A stretch of 64,000 bases of DNA from an uncultured Treponemataceae bacterium (GCA_964482955.1 CAYZZW010000006.1:2585-66584), one strand, 5' to 3'. Shown: positions 9,464 through 19,696, counted from the first letter of the stretch. Translations and numbers: made by a program. The notes: a model not told the origin generated them from the letters alone.

Positions 9464-11556
9464 GGCTTCCTCCGCACCACGAGGGCGTCGCCTTCGTCGC
9501 CTCCGGATTCCGAAGCGAGCCGTTCCGCCCGCTCGCGGAAGGCGTCCTGCGCGGAAAAGGGCTCCGCGCCGTTTTTCGGCTCGACGCGGATCCACTCGCC
9601 CGAGGGCAGGAGCTCGCGCGCCTTGACGGTGTCCCTGAAGCAGGCTTCGAGCGACTCGCGGACGCGGGCCCGCGCGGCGTCGTCGAGCACGGGGAACAGG
9701 AGCTCCACGCGGCGCTCGAGGTTGCGCGGCAGCCAGTCCGCCGACGAGAGGTAGACTTCCGTCGCGCCGCCGTTTCCGAACACGAAGGCGCGCGAATGCT
9801 CGAGGAAGCGCCCGACGATCGACACGACGCGGACGTTCTCGGAGAGGCCGGGCACGCCCGGCACGAGCGCGCACACCCCCCGGACGTTGAGGAGGACGCG
9901 CACGCCGCGCGCCGACGCCCGGTAGAGCGCCTCCACCACGTCTGGATCGGCCAACGCGTTGAGCTTGGCCATGACGAGACCGGGTCTGTCCGGGCCGCTC
10001 CGCTCCGCCTCGCGGTCGATCATGGCGACGATCCGCTTCTTGAGGCCGAAGGGAGACACGGCCAGCGTGGCGAACTCGCGCATGTCCGAGACGCCCGTGA
10101 TCGCGTTGAAAAAGAGCCCGACGTCGTAGCACACGGCGTCCGCGGCCGTGAAGACGGAAAAGTCCGAGTAGAGCGCGGCCGTGCGGCTGTTGTAGTTGCC
10201 GGTGGACAGGTGGGCGTAGCGGCGGACCGAACCGTCGTCCTCCTTCCGGACGACGAGGATGGCCTTCGCGTGCACCTTGAAGCGCGCGATGCCGTAGACG
10301 ACGATGGCCCCCGCCTGCTCGAGCCGCGCCGCCCACGCGATGTTCCGCGCCTCGTCGAAGCGCGCCTTGAGCTCGACCACGACGGTCACCTGCTTGCCGT
10401 TCCGCGCCGCCCGGGTGAGCGCGCGCACGATGGGGGAATCGCCCGAAGTGCGGTAGAGCGTCATCTTGATCGCGAGCACGTCCGGATCCGAGGCAGCCGT
10501 CTCCACGAAGCGCTCCACCGGGGCGAACGAGTCGTACGGCACGTGGAGGAGGACGTCGCGGCGGCGGATTTCCGTCCAGAGATCGCGGTCGTCCTCGAAA
10601 GCGGGATGGAGCGCCTGGACGAGCGGCGGATGGCGGAGCCGGTCGAAGCCCTTCGCCTGCGCGAGTTCCATGAAGCAGCGGAGGCTCACCGGGCCAGGCA
10701 CGTCGTACACTTCGCCGTCCGACAGGCCGAGCGCGTCGGTCAGCATGGACTTGAGGATGGGCGAAGCCCCCGAGAACGTGAGGCGCACCGGCCAGGAATT
10801 CTGGCGGTTCACGAGCACTTCCTCCATCGCGGCCACGAAGTCGTCGTCGCGGTCTTCGTCCACGCCGATGTCCGCGTCGCGCGTGACCCGGAAAAGCGCC
10901 CGCTCCTTCGCGACGTAACCGGGGAACAAGCCGTGCGCGAAGTGGAGGACGATGTCGTCGAGCAGGGCGACGCGGACGACGCCGTCTTCGGGCGGCAGGA
11001 ACACGAAGCGGTCCACGTTGTACGGCACCTGGACGACCGCGAGGCGGCGGCCGGCCGGATCGCCGTCCTCCGGCTCGAGGGCGAAGGCGGCGTGGACGCG
11101 GAGGTTGCCGGTGCCCGGGAAGCCGGCTTCGTGCCCGACGGAGAGCGGAGTCAAGGTCGGCAGGACGCGGTCGCGGTAGAAAGCGCCGAGCGTCAGCATG
11201 AGGTCCGACGCGTAGTCGCGCGGGCCGAGCATGACGAGCCCGGCCGCCGCGAGATCGGGCAGGATCCCGTCGTTCAGGCAACGGTAGGTTTCCGCCGTGA
11301 TTTCGCGGGCGCGCTTGCCGATCGCCTCGAGGAGATCCTGGGGATCCTCGACGCCGGATTCCGGCAGCGACTGGCCCCGCCGGGCGGCGGCCTTCACCGC
11401 GGCGACGCGCACCATGAAGAACTCGTCGAAATTCGAGCCGACGATCGAGACGAACTTGAGCCGCTCGAGCGGCGGGTTCGATCGGTCGAAGGCCTCGCCG
11501 AGGACGCGCGCGTTGAACTCGAGCCACGACAGCTCGCGGTTGAAGCGCCGCGTCAC
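9460..11556 (-). CDS. ppk: polyphosphate kinase 1
   Basis: 698 aa, NRELSWLEFNARVL N-terminus, HAK and STGNYN motifs. GTG start overlaps the ppx stop (GTGA). Confidence 0.93.
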   Translation of the reverse strand: MTRRFNRELSWLEFNARVLGEAFDRSNPPLERLKFVSIVGSNFDEFFMVRVAAVKAAARRGQSLPESGVEDPQDLLEAIGKRAREITAETYRCLNDGILPDLAAAGLVMLGPRDYASDLMLTLGAFYRDRVLPTLTPLSVGHEAGFPGTGNLRVHAAFALEPEDGDPAGRRLAVVQVPYNVDRFVFLPPEDGVVRVALLDDIVLHFAHGLFPGYVAKERALFRVTRDADIGVDEDRDDDFVAAMEEVLVNRQNSWPVRLTFSGASPILKSMLTDALGLSDGEVYDVPGPVSLRCFMELAQAKGFDRLRHPPLVQALHPAFEDDRDLWTEIRRRDVLLHVPYDSFAPVERFVETAASDPDVLAIKMTLYRTSGDSPIVRALTRAARNGKQVTVVVELKARFDEARNIAWAARLEQAGAIVVYGIARFKVHAKAILVVRKEDDGSVRRYAHLSTGNYNSRTAALYSDFSVFTAADAVCYDVGLFFNAITGVSDMREFATLAVSPFGLKKRIVAMIDREAERSGPDRPGLVMAKLNALADPDVVEALYRASARGVRVLLNVRGVCALVPGVPGLSENVRVVSIVGRFLEHSRAFVFGNGGATEVYLSSADWLPRNLERRVELLFPVLDDAARARVRESLEACFRDTVKARELLPSGEWIRVEPKNGAEPFSAQDAFRERAERLASESGGDEGDALVVRRKP

Positions 11557-13130
11557 GACAGCGTCACCTTGAGGCCGAAAACCTCCTCGAACATGTCGCC
11601 CTTGTCGCGGAGCGTGAGGCGCTCGAGCGACAGGTCGCCGCCCTTCGACTCGATGGCGAGCACGAGCCGGTCGTCGTCGACGCGCGACGACACGACGGAC
11701 ACTGACTGCGAGTGGCCGCGGTCGAGCGAGTCGGCGACGCGCAGGATGGACGCGAGCTTGCGGACGACGATGCGGTCTTCGCGGGAGAGGCCCATGAAAT
11801 TCGGGTGCCCAGAGTTCGGGCCGGACTTCCGGTGGTAGCGGACGCAGTTGGCCACGATGACCTGGTCGTCGCGCCGAAGCCCGAAGATCTCGGAGTTGAG
11901 CACGATGTACTCGGAATGGCGATGATGGCCGCTCGCGCGGATGAAGGCGCCGATGTCGTGGAGGATCGCGGCGGTCTCGAGAAGCGTGCGTTCGCGGCGG
12001 CCGAGGCCGTGGCTTTCCGCGAGCGAGTCGAAGATCTTCGCGGCGAGCGCGGCCACGTGCGTCGAGTGCGGCTCGTCGAAGCGGTACTTCCGCCCGAGGG
12101 CGAGCGCGGACGCGAGGATCTGGGCGCCGAGCGTCGCGCGGAACTCCGAGTCGGGTCCGCCGGCCAGGTCGACGAGGAGGCCGTCGCGCATCGACGCGAG
12201 CGGCACGATGAGATCCTCCGCGCTCGTGCGCTCGAGGAAGAGGCGCGCGACGGTGAGCCCCGGCAGGAAGGCTTCGGCCTCGTCGTAGCGGAGGCGGTAG
12301 CGGTCGACGAACTCCTCGACCGAAAGGCCGGCGAGACCGTCGACGAAGGCGACGAAATCCTGACGGTTCACGACGACGTAGTCGCGGCCGGTCTGTTGCC
12401 CGGCGAAGCGGGCCACGGTGCGCGCGTCGCTCCCGAACACGACGAAGGCGCGCACGCTCGACAGCTCGAGTTCGGCGTCGAGCATGTCGCAGGAGGTGCG
12501 CACGCTGTCGGAGAGGTAGCGGAGTATCGAGTCGCCCGACGCGACCGTGGCCCGCGAGAGGCCCTCCATGCGCGCGGTGCCGATGCCGAGCGAATGCGCG
12601 GCGGTCATCTTGCCGCGTCTGAGCAGCATGAGCTCCGTGGAACCGCCGCCGACGTCGATGATGAGGGCGTTCGACCGGGAAAGCTGGCGATAGTCGTCGC
12701 CGAGGGCGCGGCGCACGGCCAGGAACATGAGGTGGTTTTCCTCGATGGCCTCGATGATGTCGACGGAAAAGCCGGTGCGGAGGAACACGCGGTCGGCGAA
12801 GGTGTCGCGGTTCGAAGCTTCGCGGAGGGCGCTCGTGGCGATCACGCGCGCGGCGGACGGCGCGATGCCGTAGGACGTCAGCAGTTCGCGGATGCCCCGC
12901 AGCACGGAAACGGCCTGCGCCGTGGTTTCGCGCCCGACGGCGCCGGACTTGAAGACGTCCCGACCGAGCGAAACGGGTTTTTCCGCGCGGTCTATGACGC
13001 GGTAGCCGCCGTCGGCGTCGACTTCCGCGACGACGGCGCGGATGCCGGTGGAGCCGATCTCGACGACCGCGACGGGGCCGGCCGCCGTTTCCGATCCATG
13101 ATCACGCATCGTCTCGTCGCCGGGTTCCAT
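11553..13130 (-). CDS. ppx: exopolyphosphatase / guanosine pentaphosphatase family (Ppx/GppA) with C-terminal HD domain
   Basis: 525 aa from MEPGDETMRDHG (ATG 13130, AAGGAG SD). VVEIGSTGIRAVVAEV ASKHA-fold start; HDIG...H HD motif. The rest of track ORF 11553..14822 is an artefact. Confidence 0.9.
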   Translation of the reverse strand: MEPGDETMRDHGSETAAGPVAVVEIGSTGIRAVVAEVDADGGYRVIDRAEKPVSLGRDVFKSGAVGRETTAQAVSVLRGIRELLTSYGIAPSAARVIATSALREASNRDTFADRVFLRTGFSVDIIEAIEENHLMFLAVRRALGDDYRQLSRSNALIIDVGGGSTELMLLRRGKMTAAHSLGIGTARMEGLSRATVASGDSILRYLSDSVRTSCDMLDAELELSSVRAFVVFGSDARTVARFAGQQTGRDYVVVNRQDFVAFVDGLAGLSVEEFVDRYRLRYDEAEAFLPGLTVARLFLERTSAEDLIVPLASMRDGLLVDLAGGPDSEFRATLGAQILASALALGRKYRFDEPHSTHVAALAAKIFDSLAESHGLGRRERTLLETAAILHDIGAFIRASGHHRHSEYIVLNSEIFGLRRDDQVIVANCVRYHRKSGPNSGHPNFMGLSREDRIVVRKLASILRVADSLDRGHSQSVSVVSSRVDDDRLVLAIESKGGDLSLERLTLRDKGDMFEEVFGLKVTLS

Positions 13131-13208
13131 AGCGCTCCTTCCGTATGAAACAGGAGGATATAACCACCCGCGAAGGAATACAAGCGATCCGCGCGAAAGG
13201 GCCGCGCC

Positions 13209-13244
13209 TTGCGAAAGCGAACGCGCGCGGTGTAGACTGGACGC
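13209..13244 (+). promoter_or_regulatory. sigma70-like promoter abutting the start codon (leaderless-type)
   Basis: TTGCGA (13209-14), 18 nt, TAGACT (13233-38), 6 nt, ATG 13245. No SD. Confidence 0.55.
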
Positions 13245-14573
13245 ATGAAAACGCGGTTCCGCATCGCCTTCATCCTCCTCGTCGCGCTCCTCGCGACGGG
13301 CTGTTCGGGCTTGCACGGCTGGGGCGTCGTGCTCTGGAGCTTCGACGCGTCCGCCGGCTCGGCCGCGGACACGAACGCGGGAACCGGCAGTCCGGACGCG
13401 GCCGCGAAAACCGTACCGAGCGGGACCATCGTCCCCATCATGATCAAGTCCAACATCAACCACGTGTACGTCGTCCGCGTCCCCGGCACGAAGGAAAACG
13501 TCGAGGTCGCGCTCTGGCGCCTCGAATACTTCAAGGACAAGGCCAAGGCGCTCCGATACGCGGAAGCCTTCGCGCCGCTCGCCGGCGCCTACGGGCTGAC
13601 GCTCCGCGACGGTCTCGCCCTCCGCGACGAGGCGACCAACCTGGCCAAGCAGGTGTACCGCCTCCGCCTGTCCGAGCCGGTGAAGCTCCTCAAGAAGGTG
13701 GACGGCCAGGAGGTGGTGACCGGCGGCAAGAAACTCCCGGGCGACTGGTACCTCGCGCTCGCCCAGGACGGCACGCGCGGCTACGTGTTTTCGAACCAGC
13801 TCAAGCTCTGGGACGACACGAAGGAAGCGCGGCCCGCGATCGCCTCCGACGCCGCCGCGTCCGACCAAGCATCGCAACTCTTCGGCAAGACCTGGCGCCC
13901 CGATTATTACGCGACCATGGTCGAATCGGAGAAAATCGACCTCGCGCGCTTCGACCTTCGCTTCGGGCTCTTCACCGACGCCGTCCGCAAGACCATCCGC
14001 GTCGAAGTGCCCGGCGCCTCGCGCGTGATCGCCTACGAGGAAATCAAGCGGCAGAAGAACGGTTCCTGGCGTTTCGACGACCAGCCCGTCACGCTCGTCT
14101 TCAACGGCGTCGACCGCGCGACCGTCACCTTCGAGAAGGAAGCCGCGCCGAACGCCTACGCGTTCTCGCTCTTCGACGGCGACATCCGCGCCATCGTTCA
14201 GGCCGAGGAACTCCGGCGCCTGACCGCCCTGGCCGGCATCGTCCGCGCCGCGCCCTGCGCCGCGCCGGACGGCACCCGCCTCGAGCTCGCGAAGTCGGGT
14301 TCGTTCACGGTGAAGGCCGCGGGCGCCCAGGCGGCGCTCCCCCCGGGCGCCGGGCAGCTCGCGATCGACCTCTTCGCGTCGGACGCGCTGGCCGACGCGT
14401 GGGAAGGCGGCCTGACCTTCCGCTACGAAGGCGCCGCGACCGCCCCCCGCTTCCTCTACCGCGTCGAAGGCTCGACCCTGACCCTGGGGCCGCTCGACGA
14501 CGGCATGCTGTCGGGCGCGATCGCCGTGAAAGCCCCGGCCTCGACCATCGAGTTCCGCGCGACGGGCGACTGA
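13245..14573 (+). CDS. lipoprotein with bacterial SH3-like segment, function unknown
   Basis: Signal peptide plus lipobox LLATGC. Segment DWYLALAQDGTRGYVFSNQLKLW resembles SH3b. 4 nt before the ABC-F gene. Confidence 0.8.
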   Translation: MKTRFRIAFILLVALLATGCSGLHGWGVVLWSFDASAGSAADTNAGTGSPDAAAKTVPSGTIVPIMIKSNINHVYVVRVPGTKENVEVALWRLEYFKDKAKALRYAEAFAPLAGAYGLTLRDGLALRDEATNLAKQVYRLRLSEPVKLLKKVDGQEVVTGGKKLPGDWYLALAQDGTRGYVFSNQLKLWDDTKEARPAIASDAAASDQASQLFGKTWRPDYYATMVESEKIDLARFDLRFGLFTDAVRKTIRVEVPGASRVIAYEEIKRQKNGSWRFDDQPVTLVFNGVDRATVTFEKEAAPNAYAFSLFDGDIRAIVQAEELRRLTALAGIVRAAPCAAPDGTRLELAKSGSFTVKAAGAQAALPPGAGQLAIDLFASDALADAWEGGLTFRYEGAATAPRFLYRVEGSTLTLGPLDDGMLSGAIAVKAPASTIEFRATGD

Positions 14574-14577
14574 CACC

Positions 14578-16560
14578 GTGGCCTTCGTGCAGTTCTCAGA
14601 GGTTTCGCTCGCCTTCGGCGCGCGCGACATCCTCAAGTCCGTCAATCTCAACCTGGCCTCGGGCACGAAGGCCGCGCTGTGCGGCCCGAACGGCGCCGGC
14701 AAGTCCACGCTCATGAAGATCGTGGCCGGCGTCGTCGCGCCGGACTCCGGCGAGCGAGCCGTCCAGAAGGGCACGCGCGTGTCGTACCTGCCGCAATCGG
14801 GCATCGCGTACGCCTCGTCCACGGTCCTCGAGGAGGCGGATCGGGCCTACGCGCCGGTGGAAGCCCTCGTCCGCGAACGCGACGAGATCGGATCGCTGCT
14901 GGAACGCTCGACGGCCGACGACCCGAAAACCCTCGCGCTCGTCGAGCGCTACCACGAGCTCCACGAGAGCATCGAGGATTCCGGTTACTGGCGGCGGCGC
15001 GACCGCATCCTCGAAGTGCTCGCGGGCCTCGGGTTCAAGCCGGAGGACGCGGAGCGCCGCGTCGAGGAGTTTTCGGGCGGTTGGCAGATGAGGCTGGCCC
15101 TCGCGAAAGTGCTCCTCGAAAACCCGGACATCATGCTGCTCGACGAGCCCACGAACTACCTCGATCTCGAGGCGCGTTCCTGGCTCGAGGAATTCCTCTC
15201 GGGCTTCAAAGGCGGCTTCGTCGTCGTGTCGCACGACCGCTCGTTCCTCGACGCCACGGTGGGCGAGATCTACGAAGTCTGGAACGGCAAGCTCACGCGC
15301 TACACGGGCACCTACTCGCAGTACGAACGCAACCGCTCGCGCGAGCTCGCGACGCTCTTCGAGCAGTGGGAGCGCCAGCAGGAGGAGATCGCGCGCATCG
15401 AGGATTTCATCCGCCGCTTCCGCTACAACTCCTCGAAGGCCGCGCTCGTCCAGTCGCGCGTCAAGCAGCTCGAAGCCATCGTGCCCATCGAAATCCCGGA
15501 GGGGATGAAGCGCATCCACTTCAGCTTCCCCCCCGCCCCGCCCTGCGGCAAGATCGCCCTCACGGCCGAGGGACTCTCGAAGTCGTACGGCGAGCGGCGG
15601 GTCGTGCGCGATTTCTCGACGCTCGTCGACTCGGGGATGAAAGTCGCCTTCGTCGGTCCGAACGGCGCCGGCAAGTCCACGCTCATGCGCATCATCGCGG
15701 GCGTCGATCCGGACTACACGGGCACCCTCAAGCTCGGCACCGGGATCGTGCCGGGCTACTTCGCGCAGGACGTGGCTGAGTCGCTCGACGGCGCGCGCAC
15801 GGTGGAGGAAGAGGCGGAATCGGTCTGCCCGACGCACCTCATCCCCAAGCTGCGCAACCTGCTCGGCGCCTTCCTCTTCCACGGGGACGACGTGGAGAAG
15901 AGCGTCCGCGTCCTCTCGGGCGGCGAGCGCTCGCGGCTCGCCCTCGTGAAGATGCTCCTCAAGCCCGCCAACCTCCTCGTCCTCGACGAGCCGACGAACC
16001 ACCTCGACCTCGACTCGAAGGACGTCCTCCTCGACGCGCTCAAGCGCTTCCAGGGCACGGTGCTCTTCGTGTCGCACGACAGGTTCTTCATCGAGGGGCT
16101 GGCCGACCGCGTCCTCGAACTGTCCTGTGGATCGACGCCGCGCCTCTATCCCGGCGACTACGCCTACTACCTCGAAAAGCGCGCCAGCCTCGCCGCCGAC
16201 TCCGCGGCCGCCGCGGCGTCGACGACCGCCCCGGGCGCGGCGAAACCGGCGGCGCGCCGGCCGGAATCCGAAAAGGCGGCCTCGCAATCGGCCAACGCGC
16301 CGCGCAACTACGCGGAAGACAAGGAACGGAAGGCCCGCGCCCGCAAGCTCCAAAAACGGGAAGAGGAAATACTCGCCAGGCTCGAGACGATCGACCGGCA
16401 GAAGGAAGCCGCCCAGCACCAGATGGGCCTGCCGGAAAACTACGTGGACGGCCCGAAGATGAAAAGGCTCCAGGACGCCGTCGACGAACTCGAGGCGGAA
16501 GCCTCCGCCCTGTCCGCCGAGTGGGAAGCCGTGTCCGCCGAGGCGGCCGCCCTCGAATAG
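14578..16560 (+). CDS. ABC-F family ATPase (Uup/YheS-like) with C-terminal coiled-coil
   Basis: 660 aa, GTG start. Two cassettes (GPNGAGKST x2, FSGGWQMR / LSGGERSR). Lys/Glu-rich C-terminal tail. Confidence 0.9.
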   Translation: MAFVQFSEVSLAFGARDILKSVNLNLASGTKAALCGPNGAGKSTLMKIVAGVVAPDSGERAVQKGTRVSYLPQSGIAYASSTVLEEADRAYAPVEALVRERDEIGSLLERSTADDPKTLALVERYHELHESIEDSGYWRRRDRILEVLAGLGFKPEDAERRVEEFSGGWQMRLALAKVLLENPDIMLLDEPTNYLDLEARSWLEEFLSGFKGGFVVVSHDRSFLDATVGEIYEVWNGKLTRYTGTYSQYERNRSRELATLFEQWERQQEEIARIEDFIRRFRYNSSKAALVQSRVKQLEAIVPIEIPEGMKRIHFSFPPAPPCGKIALTAEGLSKSYGERRVVRDFSTLVDSGMKVAFVGPNGAGKSTLMRIIAGVDPDYTGTLKLGTGIVPGYFAQDVAESLDGARTVEEEAESVCPTHLIPKLRNLLGAFLFHGDDVEKSVRVLSGGERSRLALVKMLLKPANLLVLDEPTNHLDLDSKDVLLDALKRFQGTVLFVSHDRFFIEGLADRVLELSCGSTPRLYPGDYAYYLEKRASLAADSAAAAASTTAPGAAKPAARRPESEKAASQSANAPRNYAEDKERKARARKLQKREEEILARLETIDRQKEAAQHQMGLPENYVDGPKMKRLQDAVDELEAEASALSAEWEAVSAEAAALE

Positions 16561-16564
16561 GCCG

Positions 16565-17239
16565 TCAGACGCCGTCGAGCTTCTTGGCGGACTTGACGAA
16601 ACGCGACAGGACGACGGCGCCCGCGACCAGCGTGACGAGCGCGAGCGGCCAGGTGCCGGAACCCGCGAACAGGAAAAAGTCGTACAAGCCGTGGATCCCC
16701 ACCGCCCAGAGGAAGCCCCGGAACTCGTACGCCTCCGGCTTATCCATCGCCCCCACCTTCGCCCGCCCGATGTGGTAGCCCATGATGCCCGACGCCACGG
16801 CGTGGAGCGGGACGGCGGTGAAGGCGCGCGCGTACAGGACGGCCGGATCGCCGATCCCGTACAGCAGGTTTTCGACGAAGGCGAACCCGAGGCTCACGCA
16901 GATCGTGTAGACGATGCCGTCCATCACCTCGTCGAATTCGCGGCGTCGCCGGATGAAGCGGCGGACGAAAAACCACTTCACCCCCTCCTCGACGAGTCCC
17001 GCCACGACGAAGGCCGAGAAGAAGGCCGCGAAGAGCCCCCGTTCGCGGAAGCCAGCGACGGCCGAAAGCGAAATCTCGATGACGAGGGCCGGGATGACGG
17101 CGGCGAACCCGAACAGGACGCTCTTCCCGATGAGCCCGAGCGGCTCCGGGCGCTTCCGGTCGAGCCGGTAAAACCAGAAGAGGAGCGCCGCCGCCGGCAA
17201 GGCCGCGAGCAGGGTCAGGAACGCGATATCGGCCACCAT
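16565..17239 (-). CDS. prsW: PrsW-family intramembrane metalloprotease
   Basis: Motifs LVEEGVKW, GFAFVENLLY, HAVASGIMGY. Start MVADIAFL at 17239 is supported by TACACT plus 6 nt upstream. Confidence 0.85.
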   Translation of the reverse strand: MVADIAFLTLLAALPAAALLFWFYRLDRKRPEPLGLIGKSVLFGFAAVIPALVIEISLSAVAGFRERGLFAAFFSAFVVAGLVEEGVKWFFVRRFIRRRREFDEVMDGIVYTICVSLGFAFVENLLYGIGDPAVLYARAFTAVPLHAVASGIMGYHIGRAKVGAMDKPEAYEFRGFLWAVGIHGLYDFFLFAGSGTWPLALVTLVAGAVVLSRFVKSAKKLDGV

Positions 17240-17251
17240 GCGTCCAGTGTA
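17240..17251 (-). promoter_or_regulatory. -10-like TACACT 6 nt before the prsW ATG (leaderless-type)
   Basis: Minus-strand reading TACACT-ggacgc-ATG. Confidence 0.4.
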
Positions 17252-17375
17252 GCGGCGGCGGCCGGACGGCGCCAGGAGCCGCCCGGCCAACCGACGTCAG
17301 CATGGACATTTTCGCGAGCCGGGTCTATACTTTCGGCACATAACCACGACCTTCGCGGGTAAGGAGTCGATCGCC

Positions 17376-17657
17376 ATGGATACGAGAAACAGCCTGATTA
17401 CCTTCATCCTCCTCGTCCTTCTCTTCGCCTGTACCTTCATCTTTTCCGTCGACGCGCTGGGCACCCCGAACGCGCTCTACGGCGTCGTCGCGATCATCGG
17501 CTTCATCGTCTGCATCGGGATGTCGCTGTTCTCGAGCATTCTGGCCGCCCAGAACGGCGAAGGCATCGCCATCTGGCTCCGCGTCTACGCGGTGGTCATT
17601 TCCATCGTCTTCATCTGGTTCCTCACCCGCTGCGGCACCGCCTTCGGCCTCTGGTAA
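17376..17657 (+). CDS. small membrane protein (3 predicted TM helices)
   Basis: 93 aa, AAGGAG SD, hydrophobic throughout, lower GC than its surroundings, followed by a strong terminator. Confidence 0.7.
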   Translation: MDTRNSLITFILLVLLFACTFIFSVDALGTPNALYGVVAIIGFIVCIGMSLFSSILAAQNGEGIAIWLRVYAVVISIVFIWFLTRCGTAFGLW

Positions 17658-17700
17658 ACGCGCAACCGAAGAAGCGCCGCGACGGAAAGCGGCGCTATGA

Positions 17701-17757
17701 ACGAGAGGGGCTCGGGAAAGCGACCTGCGTGTCGCGCTCCCGAGCCCCTCTCGTTTT
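17701..17757. terminator. 17-bp-stem hairpin between convergent genes (T run on + strand)
   Basis: acgagaggggctcggga (17701-17717) pairs with tcccgagcccctctcgt (17738-17754), then ttt. The inner loop has its own gcgac/gtcgc hairpin. Confidence 0.8.
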
Positions 17758-17775
17758 CCGCCTTGGCGAAGTTCC

Positions 17776-18720
17776 CTACGACTTGATCGTCCAGCGGCCG
17801 TCTACCTGGGCGAATTTGTCGGAGGTCAGTTCGAGGACGCGGCCGTCGTCGCCCGACAGCCGGAGCCGTTCGGCGGGAACGTTGACTTCGATCACGCGAA
17901 ACGTGGCTCCGTCGTAGTTGAAGCGCGTGCCCTCGCTCGGCATCTTCCGGCGGTTTTCGCGGTAGAAGCCGAACTCGTAGGCCAGGCAGCAGAGGAGACG
18001 GCCGCAGGGGCCGGAGATCTTCATCGAGTTGAGCGAGAGGTTCTGGTCTTTGGCCATCTTGATCGAGACGGGGACGAGCTTGTCGGTGAGCCCGTGGCAG
18101 CAGAGCACGCGTCCGCAGATGCCGCAGCCGCCGGTGACGCGCGCCTCGTCGCGGACGCCGATCTGGCGGAGCTCGATGCGCATCTTGAAGATCGACACGA
18201 GATCCTTCACGAGCTCACGGAAGTCCACGCGGGCGTCCGCCGTGAAGAAGAACAGCACCTTCGGTTCCTCGAGGAGGAAATGCGCGGACACGAGCTTCAT
18301 GGGGAGCCCGTGCGTCATGATCTTGTCCTGGCACACCGAAAACGCGTGCGCTTCCTTGTCCACGTGCGACGCGCGCCGCGCGAGATCCTCGGGCGACGCC
18401 GGGCGTTCGATATGGATCAGCTCGGCCGGATCGACGTAGCCGGGCGACTTCACGACGCCGAGCAGCAAACACAGGTCCTTGCCGTAGCGGGTGAGGGCCA
18501 CGACGTGCGACCGGGCGGGCAGCGGTTCCGCGCCCGGTTCGGCTTCGAAGAACGCGTAGTGCGTCTCGTGCGAATGCTCCACCTGGATGCGGTAGAGCGG
18601 CTCCGGAAGGGAAGTCCGGGTTTTGTCCCGCTGCTGGGCGGGCGGATCCTGGCGCTCGGCGCCCTCGTCTTCGAGCCCGCGGAGCGCCTCGTCGTCTTCG
18701 TGATCGTAATTGTCGGCCAT
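17776..18720 (-). CDS. PSP1 domain protein (YaaT/RicT-like)
   Basis: 314 aa from MADNYDHEDD. Cys-rich GGCGICGRVLCCH...GPCGRLLCCLAYE is typical of PSP1 C-terminal domains. Confidence 0.85.
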   Translation of the reverse strand: MADNYDHEDDEALRGLEDEGAERQDPPAQQRDKTRTSLPEPLYRIQVEHSHETHYAFFEAEPGAEPLPARSHVVALTRYGKDLCLLLGVVKSPGYVDPAELIHIERPASPEDLARRASHVDKEAHAFSVCQDKIMTHGLPMKLVSAHFLLEEPKVLFFFTADARVDFRELVKDLVSIFKMRIELRQIGVRDEARVTGGCGICGRVLCCHGLTDKLVPVSIKMAKDQNLSLNSMKISGPCGRLLCCLAYEFGFYRENRRKMPSEGTRFNYDGATFRVIEVNVPAERLRLSGDDGRVLELTSDKFAQVDGRWTIKS

Positions 18721-18761
18721 GCTGGTTCCCCACAAGCCGCCCCCGCGGGGACGGCGTCCGT

Positions 18762-19259
18762 TCAAGTGATGAGGTCGACGAGCATCCCGTTGATCTCGTC
18801 GATGCGCCCGAGGATGTCCAACTGGCTCCTCTGCGCTGAGATGACTTCGGCCGCGAGACGTTCCAGCTTCTCGTCGACGACCGACAACGACGAGAACTTC
18901 TTTCTTTTGAGCACGTCCCGGGCGGAGGACCGCTCTTCGAGCTTGTACGAACGCTCGACCACGTGATGGACGAAATTGCGGACCGCGCGCTTGTAGGCGG
19001 TCACCGCGTCCGGGCTCGGATTGCGCTTGAGCTCCTCGCCCAGCCCGAAGACGCCGTCGAGCATCTCGCCGAGCTCCGCCTCGGTGAAGGGTTCGGCGGA
19101 GATGTCCGTCCCGGTTCCGTCGGCCTTCTCCGCGTCCCGGAGGGCGACCTTGAAGGAACCCTTGGCCCCCGACGCCTTGCCGCCCTCGGACGTCTTCCGC
19201 CCGAGCATGCCCGGCACGAAGCCGGCGAGGAGGTTGTCGGGAAGGTCTACCTTTGCCAT
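18762..19259 (-). CDS. YaaR/DUF327-like protein
   Basis: 165 aa. C-terminal half (YKRAVRNFVHHVV...LDILGRIDEINGMLVDL) resembles DUF327. B. subtilis yaaR likewise lies near the PSP1-domain gene yaaT. Confidence 0.6.
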   Translation of the reverse strand: MAKVDLPDNLLAGFVPGMLGRKTSEGGKASGAKGSFKVALRDAEKADGTGTDISAEPFTEAELGEMLDGVFGLGEELKRNPSPDAVTAYKRAVRNFVHHVVERSYKLEERSSARDVLKRKKFSSLSVVDEKLERLAAEVISAQRSQLDILGRIDEINGMLVDLIT

Positions 19260-19696
19260 GAGGCGCCCGTACCGCCCTGGAGGAGCGCTTGGGGATCCCC
19301 CGGAACCCTGGTCCCATGGCGGCGCATGAAGTCGAGCATGGCCTCTTCGGCGTTTTCGCGCTTGCCGCTCACCGCCACGTCGCCGTGGATGACGATGTCC
19401 GCGTCCGCGTCGATCTTCGGCGCGAAGACGTTGCCGCAGATGATGCCGCCCGGAAGTATGGTCAATTGTTCGAGCACGCAGACGTCGCCGCGGACGATGC
19501 CGCCGATGATGGCGCTCTTGGCCTGGATGGACGCCGCGCAGCGGCCGCGCTCGCCGATGACGACCTTGCCGGTGGCGCGGATGGAGCCGGACACCGACCC
19601 GTCCACGCGGAGGAAGCCGTCGACGACGAGGTCGCCGCGGACCACCGTGTCCGGGCCGATGAGGCTGTTGACGAGCGAGTCGCGGGGATTCGGCAT
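19247..19696 (-). CDS. bactofilin
   Basis: 149 aa. Repeated beta-helix pattern VVRGDLVVDGFLRVDGSVSGSIRATGKVVIGERG...IIGGIVRGDV. Overlaps the next gene by 13 nt. Confidence 0.85.
   Translation of the reverse strand: MPNPRDSLVNSLIGPDTVVRGDLVVDGFLRVDGSVSGSIRATGKVVIGERGRCAASIQAKSAIIGGIVRGDVCVLEQLTILPGGIICGNVFAPKIDADADIVIHGDVAVSGKRENAEEAMLDFMRRHGTRVPGDPQALLQGGTGASWQR

Noticed and set aside
9796-13148. 680-aa and 478-aa ORFs antisense to ppk and ppx, and the N-terminal 690 aa of track ORF 8729..11527
   Set aside because: High-GC artefacts. Only the last 244 codons of 8729..11527 look like a real (membrane) protein.
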